From Octopus sinensis (taxonomy: Eukaryota), in assembly GCF_006345805.1 (NCBI RefSeq), contig NC_043005.1, positions 33,852,001 through 33,916,000 on the forward strand: DNA of 64,000 bases. Direction: 5' to 3'. Made by a program: the position numbers and the translations under genes. Shown here piece after piece: positions 36,201 to 48,365 of the stretch. The notes under the pieces were generated by a model. That model was given only the letters and a program-made list of their open reading frames with translations. It was not told the DNA's origin and searched no databases. Positions within the stretch are counted from its first letter, which is position 1. The number at the start of each line of letters is the position of its first letter.

Positions 36201-38389
36201 CTGTGTTATACTATTACACTAGCCTACCCGACGTTCCACCATAACAGGCGTCGATTACATTGGTGACCCCGTGTTAAAGAATTGCAGCTTTCGCCTTAGT
36301 CTTCACCTTCACCTTTGCATGAACAATTGCCACATCTATCGATTACACTGTTGCCCCCGTCTAAAAACAATTGCTACTTTCTAATGCTACATGCCACTGC
36401 ATTTTACTGACTTCGAACTAAAGAACTTCAGTCTTCATATCAACAGTCGCTAAACCAGAGGAAAGTAATGGCAACCTTTATCACCACCAAGATGCACCCT
36501 CGTTCCACTTGCTACAGTACATGCAAACAGAAAGCACAATACTACGATGCAATCTGCGATGCATTTCACAACAATGCCACACTGCCGATGCACAAGGAAT
36601 TCGCCGACCATGAAAGCCTATAAGCGCAACATTTTGACAGCTAAGTTTGCCACCTAAGAAACTAACTGGAGGAAAATACGGAAGCCCGCACATGCAACAT
36701 TTTGGCACACACACGCTTTTCGTCTCATCCCGACGTACAGACCCTTCATTGTCTACGAACTTTTGTACGTATATAAGACTCTCATATAGATTCTCAACAA
36801 TTATTTTTCTTTGCATGCACATTTTTTTCCACTTTCAGCAATAGACTTTTAAGAAAGGACACTATTTTCAGCTAAGTTTGCCACCTTTAGTTTACTCATT
36901 TTTGTAATGTTCATTTCTTTTATTGCGCCACACAACGTTCATACATGTACCTGCATGCTAAGACTGTCACATTCTTGCACCACACTATGCCTTTTTTTTT
37001 TTTGCTTGTTTTTCATTCTTCCTGCGCCTTTGTAGACACAATTCATCTCTGTAAGTCACGTATACATAAAGTTGTTTGTCTCTTACAACACGCCAGCATG
37101 TCATACTTTTGCTCGTGCACATTCCAAGGCATTTAATACCTCATGCATCAGCTGACGTATCCAACACTGCCTTAATCACTGGCATATTCAACACTGTATT
37201 TGTAATCACTGCATTAGCATACTACCTCAGCATTTGCACACACACGCGCAACTCTATTATGCATCTACTGCCGGTTTTTCAACACGTCTGTGCTCCTTTC
37301 CTGACTTAATGCACGTCAGATGTCCATATGCACTCTGCGCTCATGTTAGACATAATTTTCCTCTGTTAGGCCTCTGTTTGGTCACGTAATGAATTGAGAA
37401 AATTACCTGTCTCGCGCATCACTCCAGCATGCTACGCTGTCGTTCTTGCTAACCTCAGCAATTACCCACGACAACAGCACCAGATAATATTTCACTTCCG
37501 AGAAACCTTCAAAGTATTTCACACACTGCAATCCTGCAGGAAGATCTTCGATATCATAGATTGAGAATACACTCACTCGCTCACCTGAGCTTATTTTACA
37601 GTGTATTTTAATACGTGCACCTGCACTCGAGTATATGCCCCCACGCGCTCGCACATGTTAACTCATTTTCCGTACTGCCCAGTCACTGACTGCGCACATT
37701 TTGGTACGCAAAGCGACACCGCTATTCAGACTCACTTGAATAAATATCTGTCCCATATGCATTTTAATGATCCTCTCTCCTGATATGCAAGAGTTTTCCT
37801 CAGCCATGCATTTCTTTCTCTTCCTCGATGTTTCCTTTTCTCAGAACCTCTCTGGAGGGGGGAGTGATGCAGTGGTTTCATGCAGGCATAGCGTGGATTC
37901 GATCCTCGATAGCTAAGTTTCACTTAACAGTTCAGCAGCACTTTTCTCACGGCAAAACAATATTTTTTCTGTGAGTGACAACAGTTACATTTAACTCTCT
38001 TTTCTCTGTAGCATTACCATATCTCTTTCTAGAAGCTACTATGAGATCGTGTACACACATACCGGCTGAAATTAACTCTTTTTACCTCGCATGCTTTTCC
38101 ATTTATTAGTTATACATATCAACCCGTCGTGGTTTTGGATATATACAAAGTAACAGTAAATAAATATCTCTTCATGAGTTCAATAACTGTTCTTCTTTCA
38201 TCTTTCACATCTTACAAATGGCAAACAACGAACTGCATTGCCGTTACATATATATATTGTGTAATATATTGTGAGTTTGATATTCTACAAAAAATAAGGG
38301 AATTCACGAATGCAGGATGACTCTGAAAAGTTTCTAAGCTGTCTTCACAGCCATCCTGCATTCGAGAATTTCTCTCTCTCTCTTTCTCT

Positions 38390-38424
<35 letters not shown>

Positions 38425-39446
38425 GTGTGTGTACATGCGCGGGCACACTTATATTGTGTATATGGGATTAGCTTATTTGTACAGCTTCTTTAACGGGTCA
38501 TAATGTTGGGTCTTAAAGGTGTCTGAAATTTTTTACATCGAATTTTAATTTAAGAATTAATGTCCCCAACCACACTCTCTTAACAGCGGAAGAGAAATCA
38601 ATAAATACATGCAAACCAATACAATGGCATGACATCTGCTGACTCGGTTGCCACTGAAATGTAATAAACTCAGGAAAATAAGATGTAAATCATTTGAAAA
38701 TCTACGGAAATTGAGGACACGAGAAGAGAATGTTGACGATTTTGGTTGGATCCTTGGTCAAGTGATAGACTTTGGTTAGCATGGACTTGTCTCACCAATT
38801 GTAAATCCACCGACCTTTTCTGATTGATGTGTGCTCACCAAAGATATTAAGTACAACGCTACAATCGGATACGGAACTTTTGAATGAAAAATAGCACCCA
38901 ACACACACACACACACACACACACATCACACACACACAAACACAACCACATACACACGTTCTTTCTCAATCAATGAAATTTTAGGCAGTTTGTCTCATCT
39001 TTATTGATTCAAATCTTTAGAAATTTTATTGTGGGTTCAACGTATTTGATTTTCTTTTCTTTTCAATGATATTAACCCAAAAATGTTCCAATAATTCGGG
39101 CAAACTTCATTTTTTTGTTTTTGGTTTTTTTTCCCTCGTAAGGGTGGCACAATCGATAGAACAGCGGAGTTTAGTTACATTCTTGTACGTTGAGAGTTCG
39201 AATTCCGCCGAGATTTGATATCATTTTACATCCTTTCTGGGTTGCAAGAATAAATTATAAGTCAAGTAGTGGGGTAGTTTCAATTGACTTTGCTGTTCTC
39301 CAAATTGTGTAGCCTTGTTATGTTGTTCATTGTTAAAATTCAAAATTTCACTTTGAACGTTGTGGCCCAAAATTTGTATCAATATTTTGTTTAATTTGAT
39401 TTTGCTAAGTGATATTTTTCTAAACTTGAACTCTTCTTATTTTTAA

Positions 39447-40223
39447 TTATTCAGTTTCAGTGGTTTGTTTTTCTTTGTTTATTGTGTAATACTTATCTAA
39501 GGCATAAATAAAATTATTTCTAAACCGTATGTTGCAATCATAGAAAAGCAAGACTTTCTGTGGGTGTTTCTTACAATAACCAGGGTATCCGCATTCTTTT
39601 AAGGTTGACATTTTGGGTAGTGGATGTCTGTTTTTTCGGAACTTATTGAACGTAATAAAGAGAGAAAATGCATCTGACTGTATTTCTGTGTGCTGTTGTA
39701 TTAGATCTAAAACAGTGAAGACCATCGTGCTACTGGGAAGTAACATGGTTAAATGGAAATCTGCTACTTCGATAAAATCGAAAGTTGCAAAATATACATG
39801 AAGTTCAACATATCGATTCTCTTGAAATCTTCCCGTAATGTCAAAGGGAACAGAGTGTGTTTCCTTTGTTCTTGCTGACATGAAAGTCTTTATTTTATTC
39901 TTTAATTTCTCAGTGCCCTCCTTTTTATTTGAGACCCAATTATAAAGTCTGGTTACATTGAATTTTTTGTCCTTCTTTCCTAAATGAAATATTGTTTCTG
40001 TAAAGCTTAATCTGGGCTGCGATGTCTTTGGTTGAAGCGTATCAGAAGCAACTCCTTGAAAGGAAACTTGAGATTTATATCCACACGAACATTCTGTGAC
40101 TTCGTCTATAAAACCCAGTCTATAGGCTAGATTTTCCAGGGTAATGATACCATTTTTCGTGGTACTCAACCATTTGGACAACACGTTCAACTGCAACACA
40201 CTGAACGGAGCTAAAGCATCCAC
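39447..40223 (-). CDS. Terminal coding exon of a probable host gene (second degenerate EF-hand; possible ubiquitin-like C-terminal domain)
   Basis: 777-bp stop-free frame in repeat-free DNA; begins right after ctaat..tttttt..aag| (branch point, pyrimidine tract, acceptor); phase 0 matches the donor at 52331. Confidence 0.75.
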   Translation of the reverse strand: MDALAPFSVLQLNVLSKWLSTTKNGIITLENLAYRLGFIDEVTECSCGYKSQVSFQGVASDTLQPKTSQPRLSFTETIFHLGKKDKKFNVTRLYNWVSNKKEGTEKLKNKIKTFMSARTKETHSVPFDITGRFQENRYVELHVYFATFDFIEVADFHLTMLLPSSTMVFTVLDLIQQHTEIQSDAFSLFITFNKFRKNRHPLPKMSTLKECGYPGYCKKHPQKVLLFYDCNIRFRNNFIYALDKYYTINKEKQTTETE

Positions 40224-40618
40224 CTTGACGATAAATGAAAAAAGTAATTAGATCAGGAATACACTAATAATTAATCAATAGACATCGCATCGATTTTCTT
40301 TGAATACCGGGGAACGAGTTCTTTACGTGATCACTTGACACTCTAGAAATAGCAACCAACTCTATCATATCACTCTATCTTTAAAAAAGAAGGATGTATT
40401 GAATAATGTTGACCAGGATACACAATGCCTGAAAAGTGATGGGATTGTCGTGGGTGGAATACCTTTACTCAGATCCACTTGGGGATAAACAGCAACAGCA
40501 ATATAATTTAACTATTTCACACGAAAATAATATTTAAACTATTTTTCTTATATGACAGTCCCTACAACTCAATAACCTTTTCACTCGTGTCCTTTGTCGA
40601 TTTATTGATTCAATTATG

Positions 40619-42075
40619 TTAACCCTTTTAAAACGGTTGACGTAAATTTACGCACCCAATATACATGCTTTAAATCGGTCGATGTAATTATACGCCGCCT
40701 GAGTGAGTACCGGTTTCACCAGCCAATTGATAGGCCGATTAGATGTTTCATGTAAATATTTACAACCCAACAGGCTGGTCTTGCCACTCCGGCTCTGTCA
40801 ACTTTGTCGTCGCATCCTGTTTCGTCGCGCCAAGCTACACCAAGCTCCACCACTTCACCAGTTGTTTCTTCCGATTTGGCTGATGAGTCGGAGAGTGAAT
40901 ATTTTCCTAGTCCAGAATCAGATGATTCCGATAGCAATGCTGATATTCCGGTGAATCAAAGGTACAGGTGGGCATAAAGTGAATGGCTCTGGACAACAGA
41001 ATGTCGTGTGGCGAGTGAGACACAATTTCGTCCGACGGCATGGGTTCACTGGTACGCCTTGCATAAAGGCTAACCTTGAACATAGAGGTTCACCATTGGA
41101 AATCTTCCACGAGTTTTTGACGGATGAAATGTTCCAATATACAGCAGACGAAATGAATGACCATGTTGAAAACCATCCCCAGCATGTCAGACCTGGGCAT
41201 GGTGGTGATTGGCTTCCAACCACAAGGGACAAATCAAAGTTCTGCTTGCCCTGCTGATACTGATGGGCATCGTGAAGAAACCGACCCTGGCATCATATTG
41301 GAATCGGAATCCAGCCACGTCGATATTTTCCGGAAATGATGCCACGTGATCGATTTTTGGCGCTTCTTTGAAATCTACATTTCAACTTAGGCGAGGGGCA
41401 GGATGACAGACTGCACAAAATAGTCCTGTCGTTGACGAAGTGGCTGAATATTTCAGAACGGTGTATGTCCCAACACAGGACATTTGTGCGGACGAGAGTT
41501 TATGGAAATTCAAGGGAAGGCTCCAATTCAGACAATACAACCCGACCAAACATGCCTGCTTTAGAGTCAAGGTTTATAAAGTATACCAGTCAACTGGCAG
41601 AACCTACAATGGTCAGGGCAGATTGGATCTTCCAGCGTCTACTCTAGCGTCAACTGACGTCGTGTTGTCGTTGAATGAAAACTTGTTTGTCGTGTTTGTC
41701 GTTGAAGACAATGCTTCAAAGAGACACAGTATGTAAAGCAAAAGGGAAACGTAAGGAAACTAGATACCATTATTTACAATGTGATATGCTACCCTGTTTT
41801 GAACTCTACCACACTTAAGTCAATTTTTGAATTCACGTGATTGTAAATACATGAAGTTGATCTCACTTGTGCTGTCGAGTGATCTTATTCAGCAATAATA
41901 CCGCATGAGCATCCTGCACAGAGATGTAGTTTAGGTAAATAAACAGTACTTACACTAAAGCAGTTAACGAAAATATACGCCGAACGTTATCTCGCATTGA
42001 GTGTTGACCTCAATCGGTGCGATTACCGTTGCCGCACGCAGGCAACCGAATGAATCACTGCCGTAAACTGATAAA
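40619..42075 (+). mobile_element. Decayed piggyBac (PGBD4-like) transposon
   Basis: TTAA|CCC 5' end; SPLEIFHEFLTDEMFQY, ICADESLWKFKGRLQFRQYNPTKH (DDE_Tnp_1_7-type); stops and frameshifts; 3' TIR not identified. Confidence 0.88.
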
Positions 42076-42078
42076 GGC

Positions 42079-42485
42079 GGCGCAAGAGTGGCTGTCTGGT
42101 AAGTAGCTTGCTAACCAACCACATGGTTCCGGGTTCAGTCCCACTGCGTGGCATCTTGGGCAAGTGTCTTCTGCTATAGCCCCGGGCCGACCAATGCCTT
42201 GTGAGTGGATTTGGTAGACGGAAACTGAAAGAAGCTTGTCGTATATATGTATATATATGTATATATGTGTGTGTGTGTGTGTTTGTGTGTGTGTGTTTGT
42301 CCCCCTAGGATTGCTTGACAACCGATGCTGGTGTGTTTACGTCCCCGTCACTTAGCGGTTCGGCAAAAGAGACTGATAGAATAAGTACTGGGCTTACAAA
42401 GAATAAGTCCCGGGGTCGATTTGCTCGACTAAAGGCGGTGCCCCAGCATGGCCGCAGTCAAATGACTGAAACAAGTAAACTAGTA
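42079..42485 (+). mobile_element. SINE family 2, full length
   Basis: Same head, body and tail as 26850-27271. Confidence 0.9.
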
Positions 42486-43234
42486 AACGAGATACACTTA
42501 AACATTATCGTGCACTAATTGCTGATCCCAGCCGTCAATGCAAACTTGTTGCTTGATAGAAAAACAAAAAAAAAAAACAAAAAAAACATTGTCATGAGGT
42601 TAACTAAGCCCATTGGAAACACTATCATAGCATCTAAACTCATCTCATTCTCTGTTACCCGCTGTCCTTGTTAAACATGGTGGAAATGTTTCACAAATTT
42701 TCTGCGTCTCTCACTAAACCCACACAGTTCTGTTAACAATATTCTTGTAAGAGTAAACCAGTAACATTCCTATTCACTTTTAATTCCATCTCAAAGAATC
42801 CCATCTTTCTTTTCATATTTCATTTCTACGTTTTAACTCTTTCAAGCATTGTAATCGAAAAATAAGAATTAACTTAACTATTAATTTTTTTTATTTGCTT
42901 GTAATCATCTCATTCTGTAATTGCCAAGCTTTTTCTTCATAACTTAGAATAACGGGTTTCTTTTCAAACAATATCCCCAACAATTCCAAAATAAGGGAGA
43001 CACCTACCAAGAAATGCTTCTTTAAACTCACCGAAACTTTTTCTCTTCAACAAAACAAGTCCCTAATTCTCAAACAATACAACTCTTCAACATTTCTCTC
43101 CCTGCTAGCTCTTTCGACTAGCAATCGCACAAAACAATATCTCACAGAAAGAAAATGTCTCTGCTTCTACCAAAAACTGACCTCAAATCCTCCCTTCTAA
43201 TATATCAAATGATACAATCATAAACTAATAAGAA

Positions 43235-44070
43235 TACAAGGGTGGGATGAAAAATTGATAGACTGACAATGAAGGAATGATGGTAGAGCTGTGAAATCTT
43301 GCATGCATCAATTTTAGTACTTATACTATTTTGCTCTTTTACTTGTTTCAGTCATTTGACTGTGGCCATGGTGGGGCACCACCTTTAGTCGAGCAAATCA
43401 ACCCCAGGACTTATTCTTTGTAAGCCTAGTTCTTATTCTATCGGTCTCTTTTGCCGAACCGCTAAGTGACGGTGACGTAAACACACCAGCATCGGTTGTC
43501 AAGCGATGTTGGGGGGGGGGGGGAAGACACAGACACACAAACATATGCACACACACATATATATACATATATACGACGGGCTTCTTTCAGTTTCCACCTA
43601 CCAAATCCACTCACAAGGCTTTGGTCGACCCGAGGATATAGTAGAAGATACTTGCCAAGGTGCCACGCAGTGGGACAGAACCCGGAACCATGTGGTTGGT
43701 AAACAAGCTACTTACCACACAGCCACTCCTACGCTTATAATAATAATTATTAATATGATTAATAATTATTAATAACTGCATTGTTCTTTCCAGGCAAACT
43801 GACATCTGACTGTTCAAAGAACACTTCAAAAGTAACTAATAGCGACTGGAAAATGGACAAAATTTGGCATCGCGGTGTTGTCAATTACCTGCAGAACAAG
43901 GGTTTAGCCCCCAAGGACATTCATGTTGACATAGTTGCTACATAAGGGGTTACACTGTAGCCTTATCATCAATAGCGGGCAGCTGAATTTAGGAAAAGAA
44001 GGGTGAGTCTTGAAGATGATCCGTGGTGTGGACGTCCTGCAACTGCCATCACCGAGAAAAATATTGATCC
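43235..44070 (+). mobile_element. Mariner-type transposon 5' fragment interrupted by a SINE
   Basis: TA + caagggtgggatgaaaa TIR-like start; MDKIWHRGVVNYLQNKGLAPKDIH..AAEFRKRRVSLEDDPWCGRP (mariner HTH region). Confidence 0.8.
43330..43730 (-). mobile_element. SINE family 2; partial copies also at about 53620-53790 and 60655-60735
   Basis: Reverse complement of the family 2 pattern. Confidence 0.9.
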
Positions 44071-44074
44071 TGCA

Positions 44075-44715
44075 TCTCTCGGTTAAGTCACCCCCTGTAG
44101 GCTCCGTCATTGCTCATCCCTTGAATCACAAGTTCCCTGTCGGACTGCCCCTTTCCCATGTGTCGTCAAAATTCTTCTCTTACATTTTATCAATTTCTGG
44201 TGCATCTTCGAGCTCAGTTATGTCTTTCCCACGTTTCATTAACGACTTTTACATCATCACTTTTAACCCTAAAAACTCTTGTAAATCATATCACCCTTCA
44301 CTCCTCGACAGTCTTACACACGCCGGAAATATCCGCACGCAACTTATTCACTACTGAAATCATCCTTCAATTAAAATTTAAAAAACCCGTCACCTTCATC
44401 AGTGCCAACATGCACTCTTTATACAAATATAGATATTCCGACTAGATGCCCTCGACCTGGTCGCTCAATCTACTAAAAGAAGCAGTAAAATCTCCCTGAA
44501 ACCACACGCTACAGCTTTAAAAAAAAATTAATTGAATAATGTAACACGGAATATTCTATTCTTGATTTTGAAAATAATGAGATGGGCTTTTCTTGGTTTG
44601 ATCAATAATGAATACTTAAGATTGATCCGGGACGACTTGGGATAACACAACAACCACAAATAGCTTTCTTTCTCATGAATAACGCGCTTGATAAAACTTT
44701 CACTCGCCAACAAGC
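44075..44715 (-). mobile_element. Possible highly decayed Tx1-like 3' fragment; similar at about 45770-46020
   Basis: Weak translated resemblance (KECM, TRVNVL) to the ORF2 C-terminus of the Tx1 copies. Confidence 0.35.
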
Positions 44716-46037
44716 TAGAGCCCTCTTCACACTTATGTGCTGTATCAGCTCTCAGTATCTTCTACAACTGCTACACAGTTTATGCTCCTCTGAATTAGCT
44801 AGTGGGTAAAATACCGTTAAGATTCACCCAATAATCTCTCTCTTGTCATTGTCTCGTACATGCATGTGTTCTAGATGGAACAATTGTACAGTGTACATAG
44901 TTATCTGTCGCCGAAAGGTGTTCGCTAAATATTTTCGTAAGGAAGGTCATAAGTGTGCCAGCAGTATACCTAACCCATTTTAAATTATGGCCTTGCTGGA
45001 ATGTGACTAACTCCAGGAAACATGAGTGTTCTACTGGAAGTGTTCTACTATTTCCTGAGCATTGGGCACTGAAAGCGACAGGTAAATTAAGAATTCTGTT
45101 TCATACAATTCCTTCTTTCTTCAAGCCGTTCCTTTCATTGCTTCTACTGATTCCTATATTGGTATCCCCTCACATAGTGAGTTGCTCCGAGATCACTTGG
45201 TAACTTAAGATTATTCTCTTTTTAAATGGTGTTGTTGACGCTGTTGTTGTTGTTTAACCTTAAGTCATTCCTGACGATGCAAATCTATGATCAAAAGCAA
45301 TCCAATTGTGACTATTCCGTCTTTCTGTATATGTAGGGTTAGATTATCCAATGTATACTTCTTGTTTTAAGGAGTGATTTGAGGGAATTTAACAGTTATT
45401 TGAAGCAGGTCAAGATACATCGTAAAGACTTCGCCGTTGACTCGTTTAGTGGAGATCTGATACTCCCGTAGTTCTCCACAATCTTTATAACGATGAAGGA
45501 CACATTATAAACTGATGAGATAAAAGATAAAATGGTCACAGTTAGACTGTCTTTGAATATTGGTCTGATAGATCACAACTGACTTGGAGAGTAGCAAAAA
45601 CAACAACAACAATGTTGTACAATATTAACTTTCATTCGTTATTCTGAGTTCGAATTTCGGTTACATCCATATAAGGTTTCAGCCATCCACCCTTATTGTT
45701 TTTTAACCCAAATCAGACTAATCCATATATTGGAATCTTCTCCATCTGTTCTTTATTCATTTATTTATTTACTTTTACATCTAGTACCTTACTGTCATTG
45801 ATATACAAAAACATTTTAACGAGCTTATAAAAACATGAGGGTTGTCTTGTCCCAAAAGAAAACTCAGAAAGATTTGATCAGCTTCGAGAGGTCTCTCTTT
45901 TGGACTCTGAAGGGAAGATCGTTTTGGGCTATCATTGCCAACGAGTACATTGACACGAGTGTCCAGAAAGAACGGGTCCCAAGCTACTCTGTATATCTCG
46001 AACACACATCAGCGAGCAGCCATGTCATTAAGGAAGT

Positions 46038-46268
46038 TATTTCTTTATTACCCACAAGGGGCTAAACATAGAGGGGGCAAACAAGGACAGACAAAGAGAT
46101 TAAGTCGATTACATCGACCCCAGTGCGTAACTGGTGCTTATTTAGTCGACCCCGAAAGGATGAAAGGCAAAGCCTACCTCAGCGGAATTTGAACTCAGAA
46201 CGTAACGGCAGATGAAATACCGCTAAGTATATCGCCCGGCGCGATAACGATTCTGCCAGCTCGCCGCA
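46038..46268 (-). mobile_element. SINE family 1, full length, Tx1-type tail, 17-bp TSD
   Basis: TSD catgtcattaaggaagt at 46021-46037 and 46269-46285; tail ctctatgtttagccccttgtgggtaataaagaaat. Confidence 0.93.
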
Positions 46269-46389
46269 CATGTCATTAAGGAAGTAAAGAGGAACAAGAA
46301 CTCACTCTCCGTTGTATGGTTGGATATTTTTAAGGTGTACCCAAGTGTGCCGCACCAGCTTCTCTAAAGTGCATTGGAATACTACCAAG

Positions 46390-48365
46390 TACCTACAGAG
46401 GTAATCAGACTCATAATGTCCCTCATGGATTCACTGAGGATGAGATTCATCGTGAGAAATTTCACCACTAAATAGTAGCCATTGGAAAAAGGTATTATGG
46501 CAGGGTGCATAATTTCCATAGTGCCGTTTCCGGTGGCCATGAATCTACTGCTTAAAGGTAGGATGGCAGCAGTTGAGAGGTTCCGAAATTGACTGAAGCA
46601 CGGGAAATCCGGTTTGCAGGGTGTTTATAGACGACGTAACGGTCATGACACCAAGAATAGAAGGGACACGGCGGACATTGTCACGCCTGAAGTTCAACCC
46701 AGTGAAATTTCGAGACCCGAATATCCATAAAGAAAACTGACAAATGATACCTTCAACATTCAGAACTCTGAAATTACGACAATCCAAGAAAAAGTAGTCC
46801 GTGCCTTGGGAAAAGTTACGATCATACATTTAAGGATATTACAATTTTTGAAGACACCGAAACCCAACTAGGCAACTGGCTAAAAGCAGTTGATAAAAGC
46901 TAGCTACTTAGATGGTTCAAAGTATGGCGCTTCCAATATAGCATCAGACTCAAATTTCAGCGACTATTTTTGCTTTATGGTTTTCCCATGACTTGGGTAG
47001 AGGTAATGGAAAAGTTGTGCAGTAAGTTCGTGTTCGCATTCCCCCAAATTTCAGCTCAATCTGTATAGCAAGACTTCTAAGCTTCGCATACCAATTTCAT
47101 CAGTGCTGGAGGAATTCAACACCTCAAAGACAAGAGCAACCACCACATAGCTCCTGCTTGAGGATGAGAAAGTCAGACACACCAACAAGACCATAAAGTT
47201 TTGGCAGAAAATGGAAACCCCAAGAAGCTGTGTAGGAAGCAAATATATACAGGAAGTATCAGGTGAATGTTGGAGTAATCTGTTAAGGACGGCTGGGACT
47301 TGGCAATTACAGTACCAAGAAGTGAGAAAACAACAATACCAGAGGCAAGAGAAAGCCCATAGTGCAAAGGGTCCGTGACTTAACTGAGGAAGACCGACAG
47401 TTGAAAGCAGGAGAGCTTGTCCACCAGGGTAAATGGAAGTAATGGAACTAGGAACTTGAGCACCTACTGTGGAAAGAACTCTGGAGCACTGGCCAGGGAA
47501 GATTGTCCTTTTTCCTTCGTGTTATCACTGGCCTGTTGCCAACCCCAAATAACCTTAAAATATGGGGCAAATTTTTTTAAAAACCATCTTGCAGGTAGTG
47601 CGAAGCAACTCTGCACCCTGAACTACATTTTTACCAGATACTCTTGGGCACTAGGAGAAGGCCTATACAAGTTAAGACGTGACAAGTTTCTTGCAGAAAT
47701 TACCAAGTGGGCTGATCTGCAAAGGGACAGGCTCAATAAATACCAACCACTACCACCAAAGCGTATGAAATTCCTAAAGGAAGGTAACAAAGCTCCCAAG
47801 ATGAAAGTAAAGGAAGGGGGCCCTTTTTCTATTTTGTGCTCAGCCTCAAACTGAGAGATGCGAGTGAATCTAAGGGTCAGATTTTTCTTCTCAAAGGAGG
47901 CAGTGGTAATATCCCCTCGAGCAGATATGGTCCTGCTCTCCAGGAATACAAAAATAATCATCGTAGTCGAACTCACAGTGCCCTGGGAGGGCAGTCTCAA
48001 CATTTCTCATCAGGTAACGAAATCGAAATATCAGGACTTTGTCGACAAGGTCCTTATCAAGGGTTGGCATGTGGCCTCATCCCCACTGAAGTCGGCTGTT
48101 GCGGATTTCCATCTAAGATCAGTGCGCTATGTCTTGCAGAAGATAGAGTTGGAGCTAAAACAACCGAAGAAAGCCATCAAGGAAATATGCTCCGCAGCTG
48201 AAACAACCTCAAGATGACTATGATTGAAAAGAGACTGAAAATGGAACACTTCAGTAGATATAGAGGGAGAAGTCTAGACGTCGAGGAGTTGAGTAGAGGT
48301 CATCTGAACGTGCGATATAATAGCTTGTGACCCTGAGATACCTACTGACGATACAGAAGGGTTTC
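46390..48365 (+). mobile_element. 5'-truncated, decayed HERO-type non-LTR retrotransposon (RT plus restriction-like endonuclease)
   Basis: LEKGIMAGCIIS..AMNLL, VFIDDVT, RADMVLLSRNTKIIIVVELTVPWE..SKYQD, EVGCCGF. Confidence 0.8.
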
